The translations under genes and the position numbers were made by a program. Shown here piece after piece: positions 27,201 through 37,376 of a DNA stretch of 50,096 bases (the stretch's first letter is position 1; each line of letters starts with the position of its first letter). Source of the DNA: a bacterium (GTDB lineage: Bacteria > CSSED10-310 > JAJRTK01); the NCBI GenBank assembly GCA_024278345.1, contig JAJRTK010000512.1:1-50096 (forward strand). The letters are read 5' to 3'. The notes under the pieces were generated by a model. The model had not been told where the DNA came from, did no database searches, and saw only the letters and a program-made list of their open reading frames with translations.

Positions 27201-27948
27201 CGCCATTTCCACCATCGCGCGATACATTGTCCTGCTCACGGGGGCCACCATCGGGTTTGCCTACCTGAACATCCGGTGGGGCGACCTCAACTGGCTCTTC
27301 GCCTTCGTCGGCTTGGGGATCGGCTTCGGAATGCAGGATATCGTCACGAACTTCATCGCCGGCCTCATCATGCTCTTCGAGCGTCCGGTCAAAGTCGGCG
27401 ATGTCGTGGGCGTTGGCGATACCGAGGGCTCGGTTCAGAGCATCAGCATTCGCTCCACCCTGGTCCGCACGCGGCGGAATATCGACATCCTCATTCCCAA
27501 CAAGCGGTTCATCACCGAAGATGTCATCAACTGGACCCTGGGGGACAAAAAGGTGAGCATCTTCATCGACGTGGGCGTCTCCTACGACACCGACGTGAAG
27601 ATTGTGCGGGACCTCCTTCTCGATATCGCCAGGAAACATGGCCGTATTCTCAGCAATCCTCAGCCCTCGGTCCTCTTCATGAGCTTCGGCGATTCTTCCC
27701 TTGATTTCGCCCTCCGCGTCTGGATCGACCGGGCCATGGACCGCCCCCAGATCGAAAGTGACCTTCGATTCGCCATCTTCGCCGCCTTCAATCGCCGCGG
27801 AATCGAGATCCCCTTTCCCCAGAGGGATCTTCACCTCCGTTCGTCCGACGTTTCGCTGGATTGCCCCGGCGCCCACAAGCCACCGGAAACTTCCGCATCT
27901 TCCAAAACCCGGGAACCGCCCAAGCCGGACAAGCCGAAGCTTCCCTAG
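24268..27948 (+). CDS. large mechanosensitive channel of the MscK/MscM (KefA-like) type
   Basis: 1226 aa with a GTG start. Signal peptide, then a ~570-aa E/A/L/R-rich coiled-coil periplasmic region, multiple TM helices and a C-terminal MscS core (GDVVGVGDTEGSVQSISIRSTLVRTRRNIDILIPN). Confidence 0.85.
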   Translation: MNRASYSQLCRGFLLGVLLVGLLWSPALLPCSGAQPKAATSTRAGTPGKTTPSQTPSEEGTAVGAQDTPSSSAIPTEIPFLESGGVPLDDARLGVLIGKTKATLVDEEAKDNPDPALLAFENRTLAILEGILSLYGAERAYPQRRGEVEERLLRLRAEKEAMGKPSEPKAPKPEGPESGAERDEIPLSTDRLAEIAATIAELRGKLAELEKEALRAQQAGSLLDSSARSNENLRSESEGVRQEYLGKLAKAQGVNAPPQQIADLERRIQARDLTIAYSERRSKQIEKERELLAMSDEALALERSILQAKSEAAEKMRALVSQRLEDALSQNVFESEKGLEEARKLARMAQTSHARLRANKRVEEKLIDTQRLRFKAEKRQALQGAREVLLGIEELRAELELAKTAVKHLEETRKLGRPSALRAKQVSDLLHSLRHRARRLQEARRPLLADLGGLAGRLEAGKADLQNRLRHLGASFRSHREKARSLFEQGQGQHRRRGFWGWKREVEAWKKLESDTRSTLVTFLEEIAAAENELQELTLTVEGADTALEEIKKFVRKHHRYKKTPLRISIGSLKRLPSDMLDGADGVWAFLMKMPASFSAFTAQDEVLYAMAAILVLGGLLLPALILIRRFLAWELASPDPIVLDILGPVGIFGGRVFLQISGTVFLSGWLVATSWLLPLEPATARFAQVLILSLAAAVIGSCFCRELASIPARESGASKEEKAASDSRRHLVTTLHRLLLWSLFFVPAVLLLETTQYSNHGFLDLLWLVHNTGVFALAIGFLRHRRRVIGLLSSRSGKWWKASKLVLEVLRPIMIAAGIWIFLLWVTGTREYAASRLMSVLHVFLALLIVPAATTVVLEALPRLVNRLSASAPPVSPLHAACDHSLLYTRLLVVLLAIVTALFWVLAAWGLSPRETFEILGNPLPWIDPESMRPTSYLGLFQAILSFLLSVATANYARDMLREVWLPLSAVERGLGYAISTIARYIVLLTGATIGFAYLNIRWGDLNWLFAFVGLGIGFGMQDIVTNFIAGLIMLFERPVKVGDVVGVGDTEGSVQSISIRSTLVRTRRNIDILIPNKRFITEDVINWTLGDKKVSIFIDVGVSYDTDVKIVRDLLLDIARKHGRILSNPQPSVLFMSFGDSSLDFALRVWIDRAMDRPQIESDLRFAIFAAFNRRGIEIPFPQRDLHLRSSDVSLDCPGAHKPPETSASSKTREPPKPDKPKLP

Positions 27949-28136
27949 ATGGCCCGGTCTCCGCTTCCCAAGGCTCCGCACCACTCTCCATGGTTTCTTG
28001 AAGGCAAGCCTGCATGCAAGGATCTTAATGTGCGCTCGTGTCCCGCTCACGCTGCCCGCAACGTTTCTCCCGCTCCCGGGCCACCAGCCCCAGGGAAAGG
28101 GTGCCCCGCCGCCTGCGATTCCGTCCGGTGGCAGCG

Positions 28137-29339
28137 CTATTTGATGGCTTCCCGGATATAGGCGGATGCCACGTCCATGGCCCAGACGGTGAGGACGATG
28201 ACTAGGGCCAGGGTGCCCACCTCGTGCCAGCGTGCCTGACCCTGGAACTGCATGATGAGGGTCCCGATCCCGCCGCCGCCCACCAGGCCGATGATCGTAG
28301 ACATGCGGACGTTGATGTCCCACCGGTAGATGGTGAAGGAGATGTAGGGCAGGATCACCTGGGGCACCACGGCGAACCAGACAACCTGGAGCGGCCCGGC
28401 GCCGGTGGCGAGGATCCCGTCCACGGGGCCGTCGTCGATGCTTTCTACAAGCTCCGAATAGAGCTTGGCCAAGGAGGCTACGGTGTGGAGCATGAGGGCC
28501 AGCATTCCGGCGAAGGGGCCGATCCCTACCCAGACGGAGAAGATGATGGCCCAGATGAGCGGCTCGATGGAGCGGGTGATGTTCAGGAGCGCTCGGAGAA
28601 AGGTATAGACGGCGAACCCGATTTTGGTCTGGCCCATGAGGTTTTTCGCGCAGAAGAAGCTCAGGATGAAAGCCGCCGGAACCGCCAGCACCGTGGCCAG
28701 GAAAGCCATGAAGATCGTTTCCAGGATGGCTAGGACGGCCATGGGCAGGATGGCGAAGTTTGGCGTGGCCAGGCTGGAGAAGACTCGGCGGGCGCCTTCG
28801 AATCCGTCGGAGGAGAAAATCTCGTAGAGGCTAAACTCGGTCACCACGATGGCGGCGGCGAAGGTCACCAGGAAGGTGATGATGGTCTGGATGCCCCAGG
28901 TGGTCTTCCACCAGGTTTTGGCCGGGCCCTCGGTGTCAAGGCGCGCCTTCTTGTCTGGGGACTCGAAGAGGAAGCCCCCAAGAGTCTGGAACCCGGCCCT
29001 GTTGATGCCGATGGAGAGGCTCGCGCCAAGAGCCGTGAGAGCCAGCACCACGAAGGCATAGGGAAGTTGGTTCTTTGGAGCCTCTTCCTTAGCGGTGAGG
29101 AAGCTGGAAACAACCCAGCTTTCCGGCAGGAGTCTTGCTTCCACATCATCTTCCGTGACTCCGGTGATGACAGCTAGCGCGATGGTCAACAGGTAGCCGA
29201 AACAGATGGCATCGAAGATCGTCTGTTTGATGGTCACTGGCCTTATTCTTTCCCTAGTGCCTGTAAAAAAAGATGACTTCCCATGTTGGTTTGGACGCCC
29301 TGAGCCCCGGCGGCCTCGACTTCCAGGGCGGGAGCTCAT
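28137..29339 (-). CDS. phnE: phosphonate ABC transporter permease PhnE with N-terminal TM extension
   Basis: The C-terminus (IIGLVGGGGIGTLIMQFQGQARWHEVGTLALVIVLTVWAMD) is typical of PhnE. Maximal ORF trimmed to ATG 29339, after the phnC stop. GTG 29237 is an alternative start. At about 400 aa it is longer than the usual ~270 aa. Confidence 0.75.
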   Translation of the reverse strand: MSSRPGSRGRRGSGRPNQHGKSSFFTGTRERIRPVTIKQTIFDAICFGYLLTIALAVITGVTEDDVEARLLPESWVVSSFLTAKEEAPKNQLPYAFVVLALTALGASLSIGINRAGFQTLGGFLFESPDKKARLDTEGPAKTWWKTTWGIQTIITFLVTFAAAIVVTEFSLYEIFSSDGFEGARRVFSSLATPNFAILPMAVLAILETIFMAFLATVLAVPAAFILSFFCAKNLMGQTKIGFAVYTFLRALLNITRSIEPLIWAIIFSVWVGIGPFAGMLALMLHTVASLAKLYSELVESIDDGPVDGILATGAGPLQVVWFAVVPQVILPYISFTIYRWDINVRMSTIIGLVGGGGIGTLIMQFQGQARWHEVGTLALVIVLTVWAMDVASAYIREAIK

Positions 29340-29353
29340 GTTTTTATAGGCCC

Positions 29354-30355
29354 TTACTCGATATGGACATCCTGGGTTTCCTCGCCGTAGATTCGGCGGA
29401 ACCATTCTTGGTCGATTTCTTTTGGATCGCCCTCAAACACTAGGATTCCTTCCCGGAGAGCCACCACGCGTCGGGCGTACCGGCGAACGAGGTCCAGGAA
29501 ATGGAGGTTGCAGAGGATCGTGATGTCCAGCTCCCGATTGATCTTTTTCAGATAGTCCATGACGACGTGGCAGGTGGCCGGGTCGAGGGAGGAGACCGGT
29601 TCGTCGGCGAGGAGGATTTCGGGTTTTTGCATGAGAGCCCTGGCGATGGCGACGCGCTGCTGTTGCCCACCGGAAAGGCGGTCGGCTCGGATATTGGCTT
29701 TGTCGGCGATCCCTACTAGATCCAGGTATTCCAGGGCCCGTTTCCTTTCCTGGGCCGAGAACAGCCCCAGGATACTCTTGAGCGTGCCGGTCCTGCCCAG
29801 TGCTCCCATGAGCACGTTGGAGAGCACGGTGTGGCGTCCGATGAGGTTGAATTGCTGGAAGATCATGGCGACTCGGCTCCGGAGCTGCCTTCGTTCCGCG
29901 GTTCTGGGTCGAGTGATGTCCTGGCCGTGGAGGAGGATCTGCCCCCCCGTGGGTTCGTGTAGGTGGTTGATGCACCGGAGCAGGGTGCTCTTTCCGGATC
30001 CGCTCAGGCCGATGATCACCAGGAATTCACCCTTTTCCACGTCGAATGACACAGACCGCAGGGCGTGGATATCGCCGGAAAATCTTTTGGCCAGATTCCT
30101 GATGGAGAGTTGCTTGGCGGTCAAGGTGTGTGCCTTTCTCCGGAAAACCACACCACGGCAATTTTTGGCCATGGTACTTAGGGCACGGGGTAAGTTCAGG
30201 GCGATGAGATGCACGCGGCGGCGGCTGAGTGGTGGGAAGTCGCGCCGAAGGCGTACCCCAGCCCGATTCCCATCATGGCACCCGCCTTGGTCATGGGTCA
30301 TCAGTGGGCAAAACGGTTGTCCGGTCTCGTTGCCGCGGATGGTAGGGCAGATCAT
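29354..30355 (-). CDS. phnC: phosphonate ABC transporter ATP-binding protein PhnC
   Basis: Walker A GLSGSGKST, signature LSGGQQQRV, Walker B ILLADEP. ATG 30355 forms an ATGA overlap with the phnD stop but adds a 61-aa Cys/Arg-rich N-terminal extension. ATG 30172 would give a canonical ~272-aa PhnC. Confidence 0.8.
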   Translation of the reverse strand: MICPTIRGNETGQPFCPLMTHDQGGCHDGNRAGVRLRRDFPPLSRRRVHLIALNLPRALSTMAKNCRGVVFRRKAHTLTAKQLSIRNLAKRFSGDIHALRSVSFDVEKGEFLVIIGLSGSGKSTLLRCINHLHEPTGGQILLHGQDITRPRTAERRQLRSRVAMIFQQFNLIGRHTVLSNVLMGALGRTGTLKSILGLFSAQERKRALEYLDLVGIADKANIRADRLSGGQQQRVAIARALMQKPEILLADEPVSSLDPATCHVVMDYLKKINRELDITILCNLHFLDLVRRYARRVVALREGILVFEGDPKEIDQEWFRRIYGEETQDVHIE

Positions 30356-31263
30356 TTCTTCAGGAGGTCCGCCGCTTCGATTTCCAGTTTCTTGATCATT
30401 TTTCGAACGCCGTCATAGTCGGAATCCTTGGCCTCTCGGAGCCCGGTGACCTCGTAGAGAGCTCGGAACGTTTCCCGGCCTTCGTCCGTTTCGATGAATT
30501 GGAGCAGTGCATTGATGACGGCGGTTTTCATTTTTTCCGGCATTCCTTTCCGGAAAACCATGGGCTCGATGGGAACCTCGGCGGTGAGCTCGATGATCTT
30601 GACCTTTTCTTCGATGTCGGGGTACTGGGTTCGCACAAGGCGCCGGGCATCCTGTGCCAGTCCCTCGGCTGGCGGAGAATAGAACGTCGCCCCGGCATCG
30701 ACTTGCCGATTGTAGACCATGGTGATGACGTTGTCGTGCCGGCGTGCGAAAATGGTTTCTCCCAGCTTGATCCCCCGTTCCCGAAAGAGGTTCGCGGGCA
30801 AGACATAGCCGGACAGGGAGGCCGAATCGACATAGGCGAACTTTTTACCGGCGATATCTTCGAGTTTCTGGATGGGGCCATCGACATGAGCGACGATTTG
30901 GCCGCTGTAGGTGTCCTGGCCAAACCTCCGGAAGGCGAGCCTGGCCTCGGCTCCGAACTTGTCGTTGGCCAGCAGGTAGCCGAAAGTGTTGAGGGCGGCC
31001 ACATCGACGCGCTTAGTGCCGAAGGCTTCGACCACGGCGATGTAACTTGCGGGAACAGCCGTTTTGTAGTGGAAGGGCGTCTGTTTTTCCAGGTAGGCCT
31101 TGATGACCTTGGCGTTCTTCTTCAAGGCCGCCGCATCGGTGGATGGCACGAAATAGATTTTCACCGGATTCGATTTGCTCCCGAGCGCCGCTCGTTCGCC
31201 GGAGCAGCCGGCCAGGATGGCCGCCAGACCAAGAAGCGCGATTCTACAAAGAGATCCCTTCAT
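30352..31263 (-). CDS. phnD: phosphonate/phosphite ABC transporter substrate-binding lipoprotein PhnD
   Basis: 303 aa. Lipoprotein signal (LAAILAGCSG). The PhnD-like body includes YFVPS, AALNTFGYLLAN and GKKFAYVDSASLSGY. Confidence 0.85.
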   Translation of the reverse strand: MKGSLCRIALLGLAAILAGCSGERAALGSKSNPVKIYFVPSTDAAALKKNAKVIKAYLEKQTPFHYKTAVPASYIAVVEAFGTKRVDVAALNTFGYLLANDKFGAEARLAFRRFGQDTYSGQIVAHVDGPIQKLEDIAGKKFAYVDSASLSGYVLPANLFRERGIKLGETIFARRHDNVITMVYNRQVDAGATFYSPPAEGLAQDARRLVRTQYPDIEEKVKIIELTAEVPIEPMVFRKGMPEKMKTAVINALLQFIETDEGRETFRALYEVTGLREAKDSDYDGVRKMIKKLEIEAADLLKK

Positions 31264-31516
31264 CGCTTGCTCACCTCGTGACTCGAACGCCTTTTATCGA
31301 AAGGTTACACAATAAACCGGCCTGACCTTAGTCGCTGGCCCGTGCGACGTCAACCCTGTCCAAAGCGGTGTTCACTTTCGTGGGGGGAAAGCCTCCCGTC
31401 CAGCCGAATCGATTCCGGTCCTTCCAGGGATTGAAAAGCAGCGTGGAACCGAATAGCTTTCGGAGAATGGGCCGGTACTGAATCGTGGCCCGGCGACGGA
31501 GAACGAAGGAAGAGCC

Positions 31517-34500
31517 GTGTTGGACAGCGATCCCAGTGCCATTGGTCCCTATGATATCGTGGAAGTGCTTGGCTTTGGCGGCGGTGGCGTCGTTTACAAG
31601 GGGTGTCACCGGGAGACCGGCGAGTTGGTGGCCATTAAGACGTTGCACGCTTTCCTGGAAGACCGGCTTTCCCATCTTCGGTGGGAGATCCATGCCTTGG
31701 CGCGGCTCAGGCACCCGAGGATCGTTCGGATTGTCGATCACGGAATCCACGGGGACGTTCCGTGGTATGCCATGGACTGTCTGGAAGGGGCGACTCTGCG
31801 CCGATACTCCGTGGGCCTTTGGCAGGCGGCTTTGGGAGCGCTCCAGGAGTGGGAAGAGCTCACGGACCCGGAAGAGATGACTCTTGACGTGCAGTTTGGG
31901 ACGCGGGAGTGGTGGACACTCTGTCTTCCGAGCCGCCGCCTCGCGCAGCTCCTTACGGCGCCTTTTGCCAGGACGGAGAGACTTCCAGGCGTGGCAGGAG
32001 CCGAAAACGGGCAAAGAGCTCAAGAGACCATGACGGCGGGGCCCAGGCTAGATTCTGAGGCATCCGGGAGTGGTGAACCGACTCTGACAGCGCCTTCCTT
32101 GTCGCCTGGTGACCAGGGGGTTGCCAGGCCATCCGAGGCGTCTGAGGCTGATCAGGATCTTCCTCGAAGACGGATTCCGGGAGTCCTTCTCAATAAACTC
32201 CTCGACTTGGCTCTGAAACTCTGTCCACCCTTGGCGTTCCTTCACGGGGAAGGGATGGTTCATTGCGACTTCAAGCCGGAGAATATCCTTATTTCCCCCA
32301 GTGGCGAGCCGGTGCTGGTGGATTTTGGGCTTCTTTCTCTGTCGGGTGGGCCTCGGGCTCGGGAAGTGCTCCGGATCACGACCCAGGGAATCGGCACGGC
32401 ACCCTACATGGCTCCGGAGCAGATCCGGGGGGAGTTGCCGGATGCACGGGCCGACCTTTATGCGCTGGGCTGCATTCTTTATGAGATGTTTACTCGTCGG
32501 CGTCCCTTTCGCGGGCGCACCGTGGAAGATCTTCTGGGGCAACAGCTCCATGAAATGCCTCACCCGCCGGGGGAAATCGTGGAGGGTCTGCCGCGGGAGC
32601 TGGACGAGTTGATTCTGGGGCTTCTGGCGAAGCGTCCCCAGGACCGGATCGGCCATGCGGATCAAGTGGCGGCGGTTTTCCGGAGCTTGGGAGGCCGGGA
32701 CGCCGGTGCGCGTGCGCAACCGCCGGTAAGGGCGGCCCTTTACCGGTCAGGCTTCGTTGGGCGCACGGAGGAGCTTTCGGCGGTTCGTATGAAGTTGGAC
32801 AAGCTCATGGAGGGCCGGGGGAGCCTCGTGCTGATCCACGGGGAGAGTGGCTCTGGAAAGACGCGCTTCGCCATGAAGCTGGCGCGCCAGGCGAAGGGTC
32901 ATCGGATCCAGGTGTTAACGGGGGAGAGCGACGCGCCGGCGGCGCCGGCGGAAAAGTCGGGGCACCGGGGAGGAGCGCCTTTGGAGGCGCTCCGGCCCAT
33001 TCTCCGGGCGATCGCGGATCGCTGCCATGAAAAAGGGCCGGAAGAGACCCGGCGGCTGCTGGGAAAGAGGCTGGGCCTGTTGGCCCAATTCGAACCGGCG
33101 CTGGCTCGTCTTCCCGGCGCGAAAGTCCCGGCTCGTTCGAAGGCGCCGGACAGCGTCACCCCTTCGCGGGTCCACCGTAGTTTTTTCGAAACGCTGGCTG
33201 CTTTGGCGGAAAAGAGGCCGCTCTTGATGATTCTTGACGACCTACAGTGGGCGGACGAGCTGACTCTGGGTTTCCTCCAGAACCTCCTTCAAGAGGGGCA
33301 TTTGGAAGAGACCAGGCTCCTTGTCCTGGGGGCCTACCGCAGCGAAGAGGCCTCGCCGACCATCCAGCGGTTGGCTTCCCATGACGAAGTTCTTACCCTT
33401 CGGATGGGCGACCTCAACGAAGAGGCAATTTCCACCATCGTCCGGGAAATGCTGGCGATGAAGGAGGCTCCCGTGGAGCTGGTGCGCTACTTGGCCCACC
33501 AGTCGGAAGGCAATCCCTTCTTCGTGGCGGAATACCTGCATGCCGCGGTGGAAACAGGCCTACTGGTCCGAGGCGAAGGCGGTTCCTGGAAGGTTGCCGG
33601 CGATTTTTCCGACGGTGAAGCTCGGAGCGAGATCGACTTGCCGGAATCGTTGGTGGAGCTGGTGGGCCGGCGCTTGGATGCTCTTCCAAAACGCGCAGTG
33701 AGGGTCGCTCAGGCCGCGGCCGTCCTGGGTCGCGAGTTCGAAGCCAAGCTCCTAGGCAGGGTGACTCGCAAGAAGACGAAGCGGTTGGGCCGCGCTCTTC
33801 AGGAGCTCTTTCGGCGGCATGTTCTTCAGAGCGCTGGGGCGAGCTCTCTGCGGTTCGTCCACGACAAGATCCGGGAAGTCGCCTATGGTGGTATATCAGC
33901 CAAACGGCGTCGCAAGCTCCACCGCCGGGCCGCGGAGGCACTGGAAGAGAGGCAGGCACACCGGCAAGACGCACCTCTTGCGGTTCTCGGGCAACACTGG
34001 GAAGAGGCGAACGACCCGGTTCGAGCCCGAACCTATTACCTGGCTGGGGCTCGCCAGGCACGACATCTCCATGCATATGGCGAGGCCGAGCAACTGTACC
34101 ACAACTACCTGCGCCTCGTGGATGAACCGAACGTCCGGAGTGTGGATTCTCGCAACGACCTGGCCCGGGACATTCTCTATGCCCAGGGCCGGAATCCAGA
34201 AGCGATTGAGCAACACGAGATCGCCCTTCGCGAAGCCGTACGTTTGGGGGACCTGAATGCTCAGGCCCAATGTCTCCGCGGGCTTGCCACGGTTTACCGT
34301 GGAACAGGCCAGCTCGACAAGGCATCCAAACTCGCTCACCAGGCGCTTCAGATTTACAGGCAAGCAGATGATATTCGCCTCCAGGGCCGGACATTAGCCA
34401 TGCTTGCCGGCATTGCCGAGGATCAGGGGAGAATTGAGCGGGCGGAGGAACTCTATCGCGCCGCCCTGGCCTTGCACCGTGAAGCGCGGAGCCCTCACTT

Positions 34501-35278
34501 CGAGGCCATCACCCTCAGTAGCCTGGGTCTTCTCTTCCAGTTGCGGGGGAAGTTTCTCGAGTCGCGAAGCCTCCAGAAAGCGGCCTTGGAGATCCACAGG
34601 ATGGTGGGCAACCGCCGTTCCGAGGCGATTACTCTTGAGCTCTTGGGCTCCCTGGCCATCGACGAGCAGAAATGGACGGAAGCCCGGCAGTTGCTGGAAC
34701 AGGCGCTGAACATTCTCAAAGACATAGGCAATCGCCGTTTCGAGGCAATCGCCATGGGCCGCCTTGCCCTGGTGGACTTTGCCCAAGGACGCCTGCCGGA
34801 GGCCCGTGCCCTTTTGAGTCAGTCCCTAGGACTTCTGGAGCGGGCTGGAAACCGCCTTTTTTGGGGTCGGGCTCTACGGGACATGGCGCGTTTGGAAAGG
34901 CTGGGCCGCGCGAACTTAGGTGACGCTGCTCGCCTTCTCCAAAGGGCTGAAGGGATGTTCGACAAGCTAGAAAACGCACTTGAGCTCGCCCTCTGCATCT
35001 GCGAGCGGGGACATCTGGCCCTGGCCGGAGGCGAAACGGCCAGATCCTTTATCGGCCGCGCCCGAGAGCTGTGCGCCTCCGTGGGACTCGGCTCGGCCAG
35101 CCAGCCAGGCCGCGCCATCGGTCGCCTGGAACGGGCCGACAACGATTTTCGTGCCGGTCGCCCACTCATCCGGGGAGATATCCCCTTCGATCTTCCTGAC
35201 TCCCTTCGCCATTTCGAGCCCAAGGTCTTTGGCCTCGCCAATTCCGGCGGAGATATCCGGAATCAGAGCACCACCTGA
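31517..35278 (+). CDS. PknK-like Ser/Thr protein kinase fused to an AAA/STAND-type ATPase and TPR repeats
   Basis: 1253 aa. GTG start with AAGGAAG upstream. Kinase motifs [26 protein letters not shown] and APYMAPE, with a ~130-aa insert in the kinase domain. P-loop GESGSGKT and [10 protein letters not shown]. About 450 aa of TPR-like repeats follow at the C-terminus. Confidence 0.85.
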   Translation: MLDSDPSAIGPYDIVEVLGFGGGGVVYKGCHRETGELVAIKTLHAFLEDRLSHLRWEIHALARLRHPRIVRIVDHGIHGDVPWYAMDCLEGATLRRYSVGLWQAALGALQEWEELTDPEEMTLDVQFGTREWWTLCLPSRRLAQLLTAPFARTERLPGVAGAENGQRAQETMTAGPRLDSEASGSGEPTLTAPSLSPGDQGVARPSEASEADQDLPRRRIPGVLLNKLLDLALKLCPPLAFLHGEGMVHCDFKPENILISPSGEPVLVDFGLLSLSGGPRAREVLRITTQGIGTAPYMAPEQIRGELPDARADLYALGCILYEMFTRRRPFRGRTVEDLLGQQLHEMPHPPGEIVEGLPRELDELILGLLAKRPQDRIGHADQVAAVFRSLGGRDAGARAQPPVRAALYRSGFVGRTEELSAVRMKLDKLMEGRGSLVLIHGESGSGKTRFAMKLARQAKGHRIQVLTGESDAPAAPAEKSGHRGGAPLEALRPILRAIADRCHEKGPEETRRLLGKRLGLLAQFEPALARLPGAKVPARSKAPDSVTPSRVHRSFFETLAALAEKRPLLMILDDLQWADELTLGFLQNLLQEGHLEETRLLVLGAYRSEEASPTIQRLASHDEVLTLRMGDLNEEAISTIVREMLAMKEAPVELVRYLAHQSEGNPFFVAEYLHAAVETGLLVRGEGGSWKVAGDFSDGEARSEIDLPESLVELVGRRLDALPKRAVRVAQAAAVLGREFEAKLLGRVTRKKTKRLGRALQELFRRHVLQSAGASSLRFVHDKIREVAYGGISAKRRRKLHRRAAEALEERQAHRQDAPLAVLGQHWEEANDPVRARTYYLAGARQARHLHAYGEAEQLYHNYLRLVDEPNVRSVDSRNDLARDILYAQGRNPEAIEQHEIALREAVRLGDLNAQAQCLRGLATVYRGTGQLDKASKLAHQALQIYRQADDIRLQGRTLAMLAGIAEDQGRIERAEELYRAALALHREARSPHFEAITLSSLGLLFQLRGKFLESRSLQKAALEIHRMVGNRRSEAITLELLGSLAIDEQKWTEARQLLEQALNILKDIGNRRFEAIAMGRLALVDFAQGRLPEARALLSQSLGLLERAGNRLFWGRALRDMARLERLGRANLGDAARLLQRAEGMFDKLENALELALCICERGHLALAGGETARSFIGRARELCASVGLGSASQPGRAIGRLERADNDFRAGRPLIRGDIPFDLPDSLRHFEPKVFGLANSGGDIRNQSTT

Positions 35279-35489
35279 TTCCTGGCGGAGCGTGAATCCG
35301 GTCAATTCCAACGTGAAGGGATGGAATCTTGAGCACTTGGGCCTCGTTTTGTGATCTGGTAGCGTAAATCCCCTCATTCTGTCGCCGCTCCATTCCTGAG
35401 CTCCCCTTCCCGGCGGGGTTTCACTGCAAAGCGGCGTTTCCCATGCATCGAATGGCGCCGGAAGAGCGTGCGCAGGAGTTTACCGACCT

Positions 35490-37235
35490 ATGCCTCACAC
35501 TTTGATAGCTCCTCACGGAGGAGAGCTGAAAAACCTACTCGTTTCCAAAGATCGCGCCGCGGAGCTCAGAGCGGAATCACGGGAATGGCCCTCCTGGGAC
35601 ATGACCCATCGGCAGCTTTGCGACCTCGAGCTCTTGTTGAACGGGGGGTTTTCGCCGTTGACCGGTTTCATGGCGCATGCCCAGTGGGATTCCGTCTGCC
35701 GATCCATGCATCTGCCTTGTGGAACCCTCTGGCCGCTGCCCATCACGCTGGATCTGCCCAAGGAGATGGCTCTACGGCTCGACACCGGCCAAAAGCTGGC
35801 CCTGCGTGACCCCGAAGGAGTGCTTCTGGCGGCGTTGACGGTAGAAGAAGTCTGGAAACTGGACAAGAGGGCCGAGGCCACCGCTGTCTATGGAACGATC
35901 GACGAGAGCCATCCCGGCGTTGCCTACCTCATGGAGGAGGCGCATCCATTCTGCGTGGGAGGCAAGCTCGAGGGGCTGCAATTGCCGGTTCACTATGATT
36001 TTCGCGAATTTCGCAAAACACCCTCGGAGGTCAGAAGAGCTTTTGCCCGGGCTGGCTGGCGGCGTGTGGTCGCTTTCCAGACCCGCAACCCCATGCACCG
36101 CGCCCACCAGACCATGACCCTCCAGGCCGCGAAAGAGCTCGAGGCAAACCTGCTCATCCACCCGGTCGTGGGGATGACGAAGCCCGGTGATGTCGATCAC
36201 TACACGCGGGTTCGAAGCTATCAGGCTCTCCTGAGGCGCTATCCCAAGCACACGACGAAGCTTTCCCTTCTGCCCATCGCCATGCGGATGGCCGGTCCCC
36301 GTGAGGCGCTTTGGCACGGGATTATCCGAAAGAACTATGGCTGCACCCATTTTATCGTCGGGCGCGATCACGCCGGTCCGGGCCTCGACCAACGAGGGCG
36401 CCCTTTCTACGGCCCTTACGATGCGCAGGCGCTCATGCGGGAAAATGCCAAGGAGCTGGGGATTGAGATGGTTCCCTTCCGCCTCATGCTCTACGTGGAA
36501 GAGCTTGACGCCTACGTGCCTCAGGACCGGGTTCCAGAGGGAATGCGAGCTCTTAGCATTTCTGGCACGGAGCTCCGAAAACGTCTTTCCATGGGCCATG
36601 ATCTCCCAGAATGGTTCACGTTTCCCGAAGTGGCCCGCGAGCTTCGCAAGAGCCATCCTCCGCGCTACCGGCAGGGATTTACGGTCTTTTTCACCGGACT
36701 TTCCGGAGCGGGCAAGTCCACGATTGCCAACGTCCTGATGGTGAAGCTTCTGGAGGCCGGTGGCAGGCCGGTGACCCTGTTGGATGGCGATATTGTCAGG
36801 AAGAACCTCTCTTCAGAGCTGGGCTTCAGTAAGGAACACCGTGACCTCAATATTCGGCGCATTGGATTTGTCGCCTCGGAGATTACGAAAAATGGAGGCA
36901 TCGCCATCTGCGCTCCCATTGCTCCTTACGCCAAAGTACGGAGTGAAGTCCGCCAGGTGGTGAGCCAGGGAGGCGGTTTCATCCTGATTCATGTCGCCAC
37001 GCCGCTGGAGATTTGTGAGATGCGTGATCGCAAGGGCCTTTACGCCAAAGCGCGACAGGGGATCATCCAGCAATTCACCGGGATCTCCGATCCGTATGAG
37101 GATCCGGAAAACCCTGAAGTTGTCATTGACACCACCGATATCAGTCCTGAAGAGGCAGCCCAGATGGTCTACCTCCACCTGGAACGGGAGGGATACGTCG
37201 GAATCAACGGAGTCGCGGGCGAAGGTTCTGGGTGA
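35490..37235 (+). CDS. sat: bifunctional sulfate adenylyltransferase (ATP sulfurylase) / adenylylsulfate kinase
   Basis: 581 aa. ATP sulfurylase motifs QTRNPMHRAH and GRDHAGPG. C-terminal APS kinase P-loop FTGLSGAGKSTIA. Confidence 0.9.
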   Translation: MPHTLIAPHGGELKNLLVSKDRAAELRAESREWPSWDMTHRQLCDLELLLNGGFSPLTGFMAHAQWDSVCRSMHLPCGTLWPLPITLDLPKEMALRLDTGQKLALRDPEGVLLAALTVEEVWKLDKRAEATAVYGTIDESHPGVAYLMEEAHPFCVGGKLEGLQLPVHYDFREFRKTPSEVRRAFARAGWRRVVAFQTRNPMHRAHQTMTLQAAKELEANLLIHPVVGMTKPGDVDHYTRVRSYQALLRRYPKHTTKLSLLPIAMRMAGPREALWHGIIRKNYGCTHFIVGRDHAGPGLDQRGRPFYGPYDAQALMRENAKELGIEMVPFRLMLYVEELDAYVPQDRVPEGMRALSISGTELRKRLSMGHDLPEWFTFPEVARELRKSHPPRYRQGFTVFFTGLSGAGKSTIANVLMVKLLEAGGRPVTLLDGDIVRKNLSSELGFSKEHRDLNIRRIGFVASEITKNGGIAICAPIAPYAKVRSEVRQVVSQGGGFILIHVATPLEICEMRDRKGLYAKARQGIIQQFTGISDPYEDPENPEVVIDTTDISPEEAAQMVYLHLEREGYVGINGVAGEGSG

Positions 37236-37376
37236 AGCTCCTGAAAAAGGCGACTGGCGTGCGGCGGCTGTCGCACGACGGGAGCGGAAGTCAACTGGAA
37301 GAAGAGTTCTCCAACCCAAAGATTCGCCATCGGTTTTTGAATTTTGGAACACGGGCAGAGGGAATCTCAGGTCAGA

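Noticed and set aside
26956-28323. 455-aa ORF on the minus strand spanning the mscK-like 3' end, the intergenic spacer and the phnE 3' end
   Set aside because: It overlaps two well-supported genes. Its composition (Gly/Arg/Pro/His/Asp-rich) is typical of antisense translation of GC-rich coding DNA.
31356-31375. Possible Pho box upstream of phnD (CTGTCCAAAGCGGTGTTCAC)
   Set aside because: Only the first half resembles the E. coli CTGTCAT direct repeat. The second half does not, and the Pho-box consensus for this lineage is unknown.
31328-32023. 231-aa ORF on the minus strand at the phnD / kinase divergent region
   Set aside because: Most of it is antisense to the kinase N-terminal lobe, which has clear Gly-loop and VAIK motifs. 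No SD or domain supports it.
31517-35278. Kinase-AAA-TPR protein as an Avs/STAND-type antiphage defence gene
   Set aside because: The architecture matches regulatory PknK/MalT-like kinases. There is no nuclease, SIR2, TIR or protease effector and there are no neighbouring defence or mobile genes, so it is treated as a signalling kinase.
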